A DNA stretch of 64,000 bases, taken from positions 1-64,000 of the IMG/VR virus record IMGVR_UViG_3300045972_000132; one strand, given 5' to 3'. The notes below the pieces were generated by a model that worked only from the letters and a program-made list of their open reading frames with translations, searched no databases and was not told the DNA's origin. The DNA comes from a virus. Position numbers and translations under genes: made by a program. Positions 27,791 through 37,238 of this stretch are shown one piece after another (positions within the stretch are counted from its first letter, which is position 1; each line of letters begins with the position of its first letter).

Positions 27791-28531
27791 ATGGAAGCCA
27801 CTTTAACCAATGCTGAAGAAACTCAACAGTGGATTCTTCGTAAACTAGGTGCCCCCTTTTTAAAAGTAGAGCTTTCCCAAGAAAACCTAGACGACTGTCT
27901 AGAAGACGCCATGCGCTGGTTTTCTTCCAAGAAAGGGTACTATACAAAGGTACCTATGATGGTTTCCGCAGGGGTACAGAAATACACCCTTCCAGACTCA
28001 GTTGACACTGTAACCGACATCACGTTCACTACGACGAATCACGACTACGCTTATCTAGTTGACCCCCTGAATCTTATTAATGGTCAAATCCCTACAGCAA
28101 TGTTTGGTTACGGTGGTTCCTCTGGGGGAGAATCAGGTGGCTTCCTCTCTACATACGTCCAATTTACACAATATCTTGGAATGGCACGCAGAATCCTAAA
28201 TTCAGAACTAGATTGGGTACAGGTTAATAGGGATTTGCTGATTATTCCTGTACCTAAAGATTCCGGAACGGCCATGCTAGACGTAAAGATGCACGCCTTC
28301 ACTATTGAACAGTTAAAAGAACGTGATCACGATTTAGTAAAAAGAATGGCCCTAGCCAATGCTAAGGAATTCGTCGGTAGACTTCGTAAGAGATACGCCA
28401 CTGTCCCCGGTGCCCAAGGAAATGTCACCAGTGACGGTGGAGAAATGATGCAAGAGGCTAATGCAGACAAGGAGAAGCTTGAGCAAGAAGTATTTGATTC
28501 TGGCTTCCCCCTCGGATTCTACATTGGGTAG
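27791..28531 (+). CDS. neck/head-tail adaptor (T4 gp13-like)
   Basis: ILRKLGAPFLKVEL...G.LRKRY..VPGAQG...DG...A..DKEKLE. Confidence 0.85.
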   Translation: MEATLTNAEETQQWILRKLGAPFLKVELSQENLDDCLEDAMRWFSSKKGYYTKVPMMVSAGVQKYTLPDSVDTVTDITFTTTNHDYAYLVDPLNLINGQIPTAMFGYGGSSGGESGGFLSTYVQFTQYLGMARRILNSELDWVQVNRDLLIIPVPKDSGTAMLDVKMHAFTIEQLKERDHDLVKRMALANAKEFVGRLRKRYATVPGAQGNVTSDGGEMMQEANADKEKLEQEVFDSGFPLGFYIG

Positions 28532-28539
28532 GATTATAA

Positions 28540-29022
28540 ATGCCATATAAAGATAAAGAACGCGACAAGGCGTGTCAAAAAGCTTATAAGAAAGCCCACT
28601 CAGTAGAATTGCGAGAATGGAATCGCGTTTGGGCTTCTGAAAAAAGGAAGAACGATCCAAATTTTAGAAATAGGGAGCTTGCGGCCTCCAGAAAATATAA
28701 GGACGCCAATAAGGATGTTTGTAACTCTAAAAGCAGAAAGTATAGAAAGGATAATCTAATGTACTTCCGTGAGGAACATTTAAAGAGATTATACGGAATC
28801 ACCTGCGCCGATTATGATCGTATGTTATTAGAGCAAAATGGCGTCTGTGCTATCTGCGGAACCACTGAGCCTGGGCACAAAAAGAACTATTTTTGCGTTG
28901 ATCATTGCCATGCTACCGGGAAAGTACGAAAACTTTTATGCTCGGCCTGCAACGTTGGACTTTCCCGCTTCAAAGATAATCCGGAACTTTTAAGAAAAGC
29001 GGCACTATATCTTGAAGGATAG
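28540..29022 (+). mobile_element. endonuclease VII-family homing endonuclease
   Basis: YGIT...QNGVCAICG...VDHCHATGKVRKLLCSACNVGL. Confidence 0.88.
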
Positions 29023-29035
29023 GGTAATACACTAA

Positions 29036-29620
29036 ATGGCAAAGAAAATCATACCCATCAAGCCTCCCTATGCAGGTAAAATCAGACCAATCACGGCTGA
29101 AGAATTCCGCATGGAAAACTCTACTGTTGGAGAGAAGTTCCTGTTCGATCTAATCGGCTCCGAACATGCCAAATTCTCGGGAACCACAATTGAATTTTAT
29201 AATATGGACCGTGAGAGAACCCAAGTGGACCCTCTCTATGGAGAGGCTGTTGAAAAAGTATGGGTAGGCCCATACAAGTTAATAGGCCACATTGAGTGGC
29301 CTGACCCGAGACCTGAAAATAGAGAAGAAGGCTATCGAACTACTCATATTGCCTCTGCTTGGATTGCTAGAACTGAATTTGAACAGGCCCACCTCGAATG
29401 GCCCTCTAGAGGCGATATTGTTCGTGTCTGGAGTATTCCTTTCTTCGATGCCGCCGCAGTAGATGATGAATCAACCCCTAATGCTGGTTACTACTTTAAC
29501 ATTGTGAACGTTCAAGATGATGGACACATGTTTACCAATGCAGACTTTGCCGGGTTTAAGTTAGAACTCCGCAGGTACTCAGAATTCGTCCCTGAACGCA
29601 GAATATTTCCTCCAGAGTAG
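29036..29620 (+). CDS. neck/head closure protein (T4 gp14-like)
   Basis: DPLYGE motif, PSRGD; position after gp13-like gene. Confidence 0.7.
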   Translation: MAKKIIPIKPPYAGKIRPITAEEFRMENSTVGEKFLFDLIGSEHAKFSGTTIEFYNMDRERTQVDPLYGEAVEKVWVGPYKLIGHIEWPDPRPENREEGYRTTHIASAWIARTEFEQAHLEWPSRGDIVRVWSIPFFDAAAVDDESTPNAGYYFNIVNVQDDGHMFTNADFAGFKLELRRYSEFVPERRIFPPE

Positions 29621-29622
29621 AC

Positions 29623-30423
29623 ATGTTTGGAATCAAACAAGATAACGAGAAACTCCTTAAGAAGTTTCACAAGGAAAAGGGTGATCGCCTCAAGAGCGCC
29701 ATGCTTTTTTATGGATATCAGAGTGCTGATCGCTATTTAGAACTAATTAAGGAAAAGCTTCCGGCAACTGCCGATCTCAAAGACTATAGAAACGCACTGG
29801 AGAAGTTCTCAGACGGTCTAGGGGCCTATGGTGTCCGTCTAGTCCCTCTTAGAGGTAAATCCCAAAAGATAGAAGGTAAAAGCTCTATCATCTACATACG
29901 TCCAAAACCTGGGAAAAAGATTAGGAAGAAAGACCTGAAGATACTAGAGAAGTTTGGACCTTGGACTCTAGAAACGATACCTTTCATGCCCTCTCAGAAA
30001 GAGGCTGTAATTCTAATTAAGAAGGTAGGTTCAAAGATCGTTACGCAGGTTTACAAAAAAAACAAGGCGGATCTAGGGTCCTACCAGCGAAAACTCAGTA
30101 GCGTTCAAGGCCCCAAGCCTACCGACAAAACTGTTAAAGGGAAGGTAACCACCGACATGACTGAGTTTGGCATGGCGGTAGAGTTTGGTCGAAATGGACA
30201 AAAACCATTCCCCCACTGGAGACCCGCCTTGCGTGCCCTAGCTGGTCAATACGAACAAAATCAGATAACCTCTATGGATGAATTTAATAAAACCATGTCT
30301 GACCCTAAATATTCAGATTGGGAGCATTATCAGCCGGGAAATGCTAAGATAGCAACCACAGAAGAAATTGAGTCCTACAAGAAGTTCATGGACTCGCTAA
30401 GAAGTCTGGTAAAGGGAATCTAA
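29623..30423 (+). CDS. putative neck/tail-completion protein
   Basis: Basic protein with EFG...PHWRPAL (HK97 gp10-like ending); synteny. Confidence 0.5.
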   Translation: MFGIKQDNEKLLKKFHKEKGDRLKSAMLFYGYQSADRYLELIKEKLPATADLKDYRNALEKFSDGLGAYGVRLVPLRGKSQKIEGKSSIIYIRPKPGKKIRKKDLKILEKFGPWTLETIPFMPSQKEAVILIKKVGSKIVTQVYKKNKADLGSYQRKLSSVQGPKPTDKTVKGKVTTDMTEFGMAVEFGRNGQKPFPHWRPALRALAGQYEQNQITSMDEFNKTMSDPKYSDWEHYQPGNAKIATTEEIESYKKFMDSLRSLVKGI

Positions 30424-31233
30424 ATGGCTGATGTAAGTCCAATAGTTGCAGGGACTGCCCCTGGCGGAAGAGTTGGAATTACCGACTTCGATAGAGGTGT
30501 AGTCGAGACCCTTGGTGGAATTATTGTTCAAGATAATATCAATGCTACTGGATATTATCTAAAGAACATTCCAGGTATTAACAACTACACCGACACTACA
30601 GCATCTGGTGGCGTTCAGGCTGTTCCTGGTTTTGCGGGAGTACCTATTGTGTTCTCCTTCCCCGAAGATACCTTCGCCAAGTACAAACTCCCCATGGTTA
30701 TGATTAGGCGGGACTCTATTGAACCCGCAGTAAATCGCTGGCATCCAGGAGCACAGCAATATGTAGCCCCTAAAAGTGGAGCCAAGCAAATATCTGTAAA
30801 CATAGGAACCTCAGATACACCTAAGTTTGTTTCAGGTTATACTAGTTACCAAGAAATGCAGCAAGCCGTCCCCTACGACTTTACCTATACGGTTCGTATT
30901 ATTTCTAAATTTAGAGGACAAACCGGTACTACAAACCATACTAATGCCTTACTTGAGTATGTAATAGGTATATACCAACCCTATTGCAGAGTTCTAGTGA
31001 AGGATTCCTTAGGATATTTAAGATCTTATGAAGCCTTTCAAGACTCAATAGGTACCTCAGATGAAGGTTTTGAAATCGCGGATAGAGTTCTAGGTTTCGA
31101 TATTACAGTCAGGGTTGAAGGGGAGCTAGACATAAATACCACTTCTACCTATGAGGCAGTAACTAGTAACCCTGTAATAAATTTAGATCCTCAGGCGACT
31201 TCCGTAATTGAGGTCGTAAACGCAACGCTCTAA
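30424..31233 (+). CDS. tail terminator/sheath stabiliser (T4 gp15-like)
   Basis: KLPMVMIRR, VPYDFTY, ITVRVEG; directly before sheath. Confidence 0.65.
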   Translation: MADVSPIVAGTAPGGRVGITDFDRGVVETLGGIIVQDNINATGYYLKNIPGINNYTDTTASGGVQAVPGFAGVPIVFSFPEDTFAKYKLPMVMIRRDSIEPAVNRWHPGAQQYVAPKSGAKQISVNIGTSDTPKFVSGYTSYQEMQQAVPYDFTYTVRIISKFRGQTGTTNHTNALLEYVIGIYQPYCRVLVKDSLGYLRSYEAFQDSIGTSDEGFEIADRVLGFDITVRVEGELDINTTSTYEAVTSNPVINLDPQATSVIEVVNATL

Positions 31234-31343
31234 CTTTTTAAAAATTAATCCCTTGATCTAATTACACAATCTAAATTATCTGGTAAGATCAACCATCATA
31301 GATAGCAAAAGTCGGTTAAGCCGACTATTCTCGGAGGCTAATA

Positions 31344-33962
31344 ATGTCAGCTAATCAACTTTCGGCAGGGGTCTTTATTGAAGAAGTCCCCTCTTCAGTC
31401 CAGACAATCACCTCAGCCTCTACGAGCAACTTCGGTGTTGTCGGATTTACTCCATCAGGCCGTACCAATAAGGCTACTCTAGTTAGAAGCTGGAATGAGT
31501 TCTATAACACCTTCGGCGGTCTTTCAAAGAACTCTTATACCGGCTATGTATTGGCTGCATTCTTCAACAATGGCGGGCAGACCGCATACGTTGTTCGCGT
31601 AACCCCTTCGGATTCTGCCTCTGCAACTGGTGGAATCCAGAGTCAAACCTTAAATCAGCCCCTACTAGCTACTTACCCAGATGGAGCTACTACTACATTT
31701 ACTGCTACTGCCGCAGCCTCTCTCTTAAAGGATAACGGCGGTTTATCACCGATAATCCCCGGTTCAGTTAGTCTAAAGTGGAGAGGTGCGGGTGTTGCAC
31801 TAACCGCACAAGCCCTCTATAAGCGCGACGGAGTTACTCTAGTTCCAGCTACTGCTGCTCTAAACTACATCGAATTTAGAGTCAACCCGGCCAGCATTCC
31901 AGCACTGGATCCAACTCTGATGGCTGTCGTCCCTACTGCGACCACCACCAAGTTCTACTGGACCGTAACTGGCTCCGTTGCAAAATTTATTACCCTAACC
32001 CCTCCCACGGTAGGAAACTCTGTAACCACTACCACTACCGCAGACGGCACCGTAATCTTCGACTTCAAGACCGGTATCGGCTCCCTAAACTCCACCCTAG
32101 CAACTACTGCCGTCGCCCCCACGATGGACTTTACTCCAGCTAGTGTAACTAGAACCATCGTTGATGACTCACTGGGTGGTCTATATTCCACGCTTCTTCC
32201 TAGCGCCGCTGGTCCTAACTTGTTAAGTGCGGGAACTATTGGTTACGCAGACGGTTCTTACAGCTTTACCACTGTATCTGCTGACGCCACTGTTAAACCA
32301 CACATCAACGGCCCAATCCTAGCGTCCTATAAGATCAAGGACTTCTCAATCTCCCCCACTGGTGCAGGCGTCTGGGGAAATAGCATCCAGACCAGCATTT
32401 ACCCAACTGATCCACTTCAGTCTTCCACTACCGCTCCTACTTCATTTACCTTTAAGGTTTCTCTTAAGAATACCGATGGCTCGTTCACCACTAAGGAAGT
32501 TTTCGAAGGTCTGTCTTTCTCCGACCCTACCAGCAGCACCTACTTCCCTGCGGTAACCAACGAGCAATCATCCTTCGTTACAGTTAGTACCACTAACGTT
32601 GGGAACGAAGCCCCTGGACAATTAATTGGTGCTACCTACTCCTATGCGGTTGGCGGCGGTGATAGCTTGGCTCTAAGCTATACTGCACTTCCCTTCTTCT
32701 TCGGAGCTAACGTAGGTGGTGGAATTCAGAAACGCTCAGTCGTAGTCTCCTATACCGATACTGCCGGTGTCGCTAGGTCCTTTACGGATGACGGTCAGAA
32801 TGGATTTACTAACAACTCAGTCACCGTAAACCCTGGCTTAGACACCACTACTCCTTCACTAAACGTCTGCTCATATACTGGAACCTCTGGAAACAGCTTC
32901 ATTCTAGCTGCTGCCCCAAAGGCAGGCTCCCTAGTTACTGTCAGCTACCGTTTAGCAGCAACTGAATCCGCCCACACTGAAATGCTGGGCGATACGACCT
33001 TGGGTTATACTGCGGGTTCTGATGGTACCTTTACCTCAGGTACTTATGGTGCTAGCCAGATGACTACACTGTCCGCTCCAATCGGAAGCACCTACGGTGG
33101 TATCTATGCGTTTAACAAGATTGATGACATCATCAACATTGCAGTTCCTGACTTAACGGGTGACGTTACCGCTACTCAGGATCTTCTTGCCTACGCAGAT
33201 TCCCGCGCACTACTTCCAAAAGGTGGCGATAGATTCGTACTCTTAGCTCCTCCTAAGGGTTCTACCGCAGCAGTAGCAGGTGATTGGCTACAATACAAGG
33301 TAGCCACGCGCAGCAAGTTTGCAGCTATTTACTGGCCTTGGGTCAAGGTATCCGATCCTCTGGCCGCATCAGTAGGAACTGGTACTAGAAACATCATTAT
33401 TCCTAACTGCGGAAGTGTTGCTGGTGCCTACGCTAGAACCGATAGCACCAAGAACGTTGGTAAGGCCGCAGCCGGAACCGTCGATGGTCAGCTAAAGGGA
33501 ATTACCGATCTAGAGTTCCAAGTAACTCGGGATGATACTGATTTAGTTTACCCAAAGCTAATCAATCCTCTTGTTAACTGGACCCAAACCGGCGGCATGG
33601 TTATCTGGGGAGCTAGAACCTTCTCCAGCGAAGCCATTTGGCGCTACGTTCAGGCTCGCAGACTATTCATGTACTGCGAATACTCTGTTTGGTCTAGCAC
33701 CCACTGGATCGTATTTGAAAACAACGGTCCTGCCCTATGGAATCGCATCAAGGGTCAATTGAATGGATTCCTAACCAGCCTATTTAACGCTGGCTACTTC
33801 GCAGGAGCAAGAGCCTCACAAGCCTTCTATGTCATCTGCGATGAGTCTAATAACACTCCTACTACGATTGCACAGGGTAAGGTCATTATTGATGTAGGTA
33901 TTGCCCCCAACAAGCCCGCCGAATTCGTTACGTTCCGCTTCAGCAGCATCACCAGCACCTAA
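31344..33962 (+). CDS. contractile tail sheath protein
   Basis: GVFIEE, YWPW, IWGART, RRL, VFENN, KPAEFV. Confidence 0.95.
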   Translation: MSANQLSAGVFIEEVPSSVQTITSASTSNFGVVGFTPSGRTNKATLVRSWNEFYNTFGGLSKNSYTGYVLAAFFNNGGQTAYVVRVTPSDSASATGGIQSQTLNQPLLATYPDGATTTFTATAAASLLKDNGGLSPIIPGSVSLKWRGAGVALTAQALYKRDGVTLVPATAALNYIEFRVNPASIPALDPTLMAVVPTATTTKFYWTVTGSVAKFITLTPPTVGNSVTTTTTADGTVIFDFKTGIGSLNSTLATTAVAPTMDFTPASVTRTIVDDSLGGLYSTLLPSAAGPNLLSAGTIGYADGSYSFTTVSADATVKPHINGPILASYKIKDFSISPTGAGVWGNSIQTSIYPTDPLQSSTTAPTSFTFKVSLKNTDGSFTTKEVFEGLSFSDPTSSTYFPAVTNEQSSFVTVSTTNVGNEAPGQLIGATYSYAVGGGDSLALSYTALPFFFGANVGGGIQKRSVVVSYTDTAGVARSFTDDGQNGFTNNSVTVNPGLDTTTPSLNVCSYTGTSGNSFILAAAPKAGSLVTVSYRLAATESAHTEMLGDTTLGYTAGSDGTFTSGTYGASQMTTLSAPIGSTYGGIYAFNKIDDIINIAVPDLTGDVTATQDLLAYADSRALLPKGGDRFVLLAPPKGSTAAVAGDWLQYKVATRSKFAAIYWPWVKVSDPLAASVGTGTRNIIIPNCGSVAGAYARTDSTKNVGKAAAGTVDGQLKGITDLEFQVTRDDTDLVYPKLINPLVNWTQTGGMVIWGARTFSSEAIWRYVQARRLFMYCEYSVWSSTHWIVFENNGPALWNRIKGQLNGFLTSLFNAGYFAGARASQAFYVICDESNNTPTTIAQGKVIIDVGIAPNKPAEFVTFRFSSITST

Positions 33963-34041
33963 TTTTAAAATGTTCTAAGTTGTACAAACCACTTAATAAT
34001 ATTAGGATACCTAATATAGTTTCCTCAAGGAGAATAAACCC

Positions 34042-34695
34042 ATGGCAACATTCGTAATCACTAACGCTTCAGCTTCACAAGTCTATCTGAGGGACCTATA
34101 CGTCACCTTAGGCGCAGCGGGCCAAAAAAGCCAGCTTGTTGGACCCATCGACACGGTAACTACCGTTCGTCCAGTTGATGACTTCAATAAGATGCAAGAT
34201 CTTATGGCTAAGGTTGCTGCCGGAACTGTATCTGTAGCCATTACTCCAGACTCCAGTGAAGTTGGAAATGACCTTCTAGTTCCTCCAAGCTCTGTAACTG
34301 GTAACGATACTGCCCCCGTTGCCGCTGCTACGATTTTTGCAGCCGTCCCTACGGTAGTTCGTTTTCCAATCACTGCCGGTGCAGCATCGGCTTCAGATAC
34401 TGCCGTAATTGCCCTGAACGCAATTCCTTACAAGTTCCGCGTCCTAGACGCCTACGTTAAGGTAACTACCGCCTCAGGCGCTAACAACGTCACCGTTCAG
34501 ACCCGCGCCGCTGGTGCAGGTACTGCAATTATGACGGTTGTTTCCACTGCCGCTCTAGGTCTAGTCCGCGAAACCTCAACCGCAGTCGTTAGCCCGCTAG
34601 TAGTCCCCTCTGCTGCGGATGGTATCTTTATCCGTAACTCAGCTTCTGCCGCTTGGGCCGGTGAAATTATCCTCACCATCCGCAAGGAAGTCTAA
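34042..34695 (+). CDS. putative virion structural/decoration protein
   Basis: AGGAG SD; Ala/Thr/Val-rich beta protein within the tail operon. Confidence 0.6.
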   Translation: MATFVITNASASQVYLRDLYVTLGAAGQKSQLVGPIDTVTTVRPVDDFNKMQDLMAKVAAGTVSVAITPDSSEVGNDLLVPPSSVTGNDTAPVAAATIFAAVPTVVRFPITAGAASASDTAVIALNAIPYKFRVLDAYVKVTTASGANNVTVQTRAAGAGTAIMTVVSTAALGLVRETSTAVVSPLVVPSAADGIFIRNSASAAWAGEIILTIRKEV

Positions 34696-34706
34696 GAATT
34701 AGTAGT

Positions 34707-34728
34707 TACGTTATAAGTGAAGTATAAT
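34707..34728 (+). promoter_or_regulatory. palindromic site copy 1 overlapping -10
   Basis: TACGTTA-TAAG-TGAAGTA running into TATAAT (34723). Confidence 0.6.
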
Positions 34729-34796
34729 GTTGTTCATGGGTAAGGGTTGTCAGGTCAGACTAGGATCTGACAGCCCTTACATTTTTGGAGGTTAAG

Positions 34797-35408
34797 ATGG
34801 CAAGAAGCGCACGAAGTGTAAAGACGGATTATCTGCATAACATGCGATTCCATGTCAGCTTAGGAACCGACGAAGACCTTTTAAATGCTGCCAATTCAGC
34901 AGCAGGTACTGCCGCTGTTAACGCAAAAGCTGGCTTTAGCTTTGTCGGCCTACCTCAGATGACTGTAGAGAACGTGGAGTATAAGGAAGGAATCTGGGTC
35001 TACTCTAGAAAATACCCAGGAAACCCCTCTTTCAATACAGTTACAATGCAACGCGGAGTGGCAAGAGGCGATTCGTCGTTCTTAAATTGGATTCTAAGAG
35101 TAGCAGAAGGCTCTGGCGAGTACCGTCAAGATATCATAATCAGTCAGCTATCTAGAGATAACAACCTATTCTTACGCAAAGACGGTACTGTTGAATCTAA
35201 TAATCTTTTAGTTAACAACATCATAGATACAACTGTAGGTCGTCAGATTACGCTTCATGAGGCGTTTCCAATTAGCCACAAACTTGGCTCCGACTTAGAT
35301 GCCAAGTCCTCGGACGTTTCTATTATGGAAATTGAATTTGCCTTCGAGTACATCAGTGTTAAGCAAGGAACCATCCCCGACAAGGGAGATCTGGCTCAAC
35401 CTGCTTAA
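34797..35408 (+). CDS. tail tube protein (T4 gp19-like)
   Basis: GFS..GLP.MTVENVEYKEG...KYPG...VTMQRG...EAFP...DLDA...EIEFAFE; GGAGG SD. Confidence 0.9.
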   Translation: MARSARSVKTDYLHNMRFHVSLGTDEDLLNAANSAAGTAAVNAKAGFSFVGLPQMTVENVEYKEGIWVYSRKYPGNPSFNTVTMQRGVARGDSSFLNWILRVAEGSGEYRQDIIISQLSRDNNLFLRKDGTVESNNLLVNNIIDTTVGRQITLHEAFPISHKLGSDLDAKSSDVSIMEIEFAFEYISVKQGTIPDKGDLAQPA

Positions 35409-35430
35409 TTTATAAATATTGGAATGAATC

Positions 35431-36165
35431 GTGGCTAGAAAAACTCTTGGTGATGTTCTACAGAACCATGCTTTCTGGCTTATGGACCTTGCCCCAATTG
35501 GAGCAGGTAGTATTCCCTTATTTGCACCTCTTGGTGGCTTCAGTAGCATAACCGCACCCGAAATCCAAGTAGAGACCGAAGAAATAACAGAGGGAAACTG
35601 GTACTACAAGACCCCTATTGTTAAGCGTGCTCAAGTAAGTCCGATTACGCTGAAGAAGGGGTCTACTTGGCAAAACGCCGATTTCTATCGTTGGATCAAC
35701 AGCGCCATTAGAGGCAATACTGTATTCGAGAGTGGATCCTTCGCTGCGGGGCAGTCCCTTATAGACTCCTTTGGCGGCCCTACCTACCGTCGAAATTTAC
35801 TTCTAATCCAGTTCCTTCGTAGTTCACCTATTAATTTAGGTGATGTTACCAGCGGCGTACAGCAGGCTGCCGCCATTGGGGTTCTTGCCGGGGCCGGAAT
35901 TGCTGCGGGGGCTATTAGTGGCGGTGCAGCATCTGCTGTAGCCTCCGGAGTCGCATCCGGAGTTTCTCTGGGAATTGATAAAACCATAGGCGGCGAACTT
36001 CCTCTTCTAGCTCTTAGGATTCCAGCCAAGGCTTGGGTCCTTTATGAATGCATCCCCACCAGATACAAAGCCTCTGGCGACTTTGATGCCATGTCTGCTA
36101 GTGTCTCTATTCAAGAACTTGAAATCAAACCCTCATATATTGAAGAAATTTCACTATTCAGTTAG
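35431..36165 (+). CDS. second tail tube-like protein
   Basis: GFSSITAP...EGN...ITLKKG...CIPTRY...FDA...IQELEI, with a Gly/Ala insert. Confidence 0.8.
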   Translation: MARKTLGDVLQNHAFWLMDLAPIGAGSIPLFAPLGGFSSITAPEIQVETEEITEGNWYYKTPIVKRAQVSPITLKKGSTWQNADFYRWINSAIRGNTVFESGSFAAGQSLIDSFGGPTYRRNLLLIQFLRSSPINLGDVTSGVQQAAAIGVLAGAGIAAGAISGGAASAVASGVASGVSLGIDKTIGGELPLLALRIPAKAWVLYECIPTRYKASGDFDAMSASVSIQELEIKPSYIEEISLFS

Positions 36166-36174
36166 GATCTCTAG

Positions 36175-36429
36175 ATGATTCCCTTTCCAAATTACATTGA
36201 TGTAGAGGAATTGATTCAATCCAACCAAGCTGTTGAAATGACCCTTTCCGGAAATGTCGGAAACTTCATGGTTCCACTTGGTTCAGAAGTTCTACGTCCC
36301 CCTATTGCTCCTTGGTCGGCAGGTAGAAGTGGTCCTATGGCGAAAATCTATTCAGTCCTTGCTAATCGTGAGCGTAGGAAGCATTTAGGTAAGCAAGCCT
36401 CAAAGCTTTACATGCCTGAGGAAAGCTAA
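36175..36429 (+). CDS. hypothetical protein
   Basis: 84-aa ORF in operon. Confidence 0.55.
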   Translation: MIPFPNYIDVEELIQSNQAVEMTLSGNVGNFMVPLGSEVLRPPIAPWSAGRSGPMAKIYSVLANRERRKHLGKQASKLYMPEES

Positions 36430-36695
36430 TGATTCTAGAAAGCTTAATCTCCATTGGAGACCTTCTTCAAGAGGTTAGTAAAAACAATCCGACTACTACT
36501 ACACAAGTTGGAACCTACACCATTAATACCTTCTCCAAGGTAACAATCACTACTGCGGTCAAGGGCAAGACAGCTAAGGTATCTACGACCTTTAAGTTGA
36601 ATCCTCGTACTTCTGACGGGTTTGATCTTGATGGTGCAGATAGTTATCTGAGTAAGAGTCGTAAAGCCAAGGTCCAAGTCGGCGCTGAATTGTAA
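36429..36695 (+). CDS. hypothetical protein
   Basis: 88-aa ORF, begins MILES. Confidence 0.55.
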   Translation: MILESLISIGDLLQEVSKNNPTTTTQVGTYTINTFSKVTITTAVKGKTAKVSTTFKLNPRTSDGFDLDGADSYLSKSRKAKVQVGAEL

Positions 36696-36696
36696 T

Positions 36697-36725
36697 TTGT
36701 ACTTACTTCACTTTTGAAGTATAAT
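36697..36725 (+). promoter_or_regulatory. promoter containing perfect palindrome (copy 2)
   Basis: TTGTAC-N17-TATAAT with TACTTCA-CTTT-TGAAGTA at 36704-36721. Confidence 0.8.
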
Positions 36726-36731
36726 GATTGA

Positions 36732-37238
36732 ATGGTAAATTCAATCGAGTGGGAAAAATCGGTTCTAGAGCAGCACTCCGTATGTGCTAACTGCGGTGAT
36801 AGTAAGAATTTAATTGTGCGGCCTCTAGTGGCACCACTAAACGGGGGGCAATCAAGAGCTTCCAACGCCTCGGTTCTCTGCCGTGGCTGCGAGATCAACT
36901 CCTTCTTATCCAATACAGAAACCCAAGAAAAACAGCTAGTGAACTTTTGGCTCTCCGCATCACTCTATGAGTGGCTCAAGACAAACGCCGAGAAGTCTTC
37001 AATGGGTTCCTTGATTCGATATATGATCTCCCGCTACACTGGTTCCCCTAGTGCCTTCGAAGACCTTGCTCTTTGGGTAGATGTCCAATCTGAAGTAAAG
37101 GTAAACATCTGGGTTCCACAGAAGGAATATCTGGAATTCAAGACCCTAATTGAGGAGCGCGGCAGTACTGTCACCGACGCTCTCAAGTCCCTCTTACTAA
37201 TTTTCAAAAACGAACAAACCGAGGCCCACCATGACTAA
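36732..37238 (+). CDS. degenerate HNH zinc finger + tandem ribbon-helix-helix protein (putative regulator)
   Basis: CANCG...GG...N..LCRGC lacking catalytic His; two RHH-like units LVNFWLS...SMGSLIR and VKVNIWVP...TVTDALK. Confidence 0.65.
   Translation: MVNSIEWEKSVLEQHSVCANCGDSKNLIVRPLVAPLNGGQSRASNASVLCRGCEINSFLSNTETQEKQLVNFWLSASLYEWLKTNAEKSSMGSLIRYMISRYTGSPSAFEDLALWVDVQSEVKVNIWVPQKEYLEFKTLIEERGSTVTDALKSLLLIFKNEQTEAHHD

Noticed and set aside
15350-28531. Introns or inteins in terminase, portal, capsid or neck genes
   Set aside because: ORFs are continuous with no intein termini; the endonucleases lie between genes
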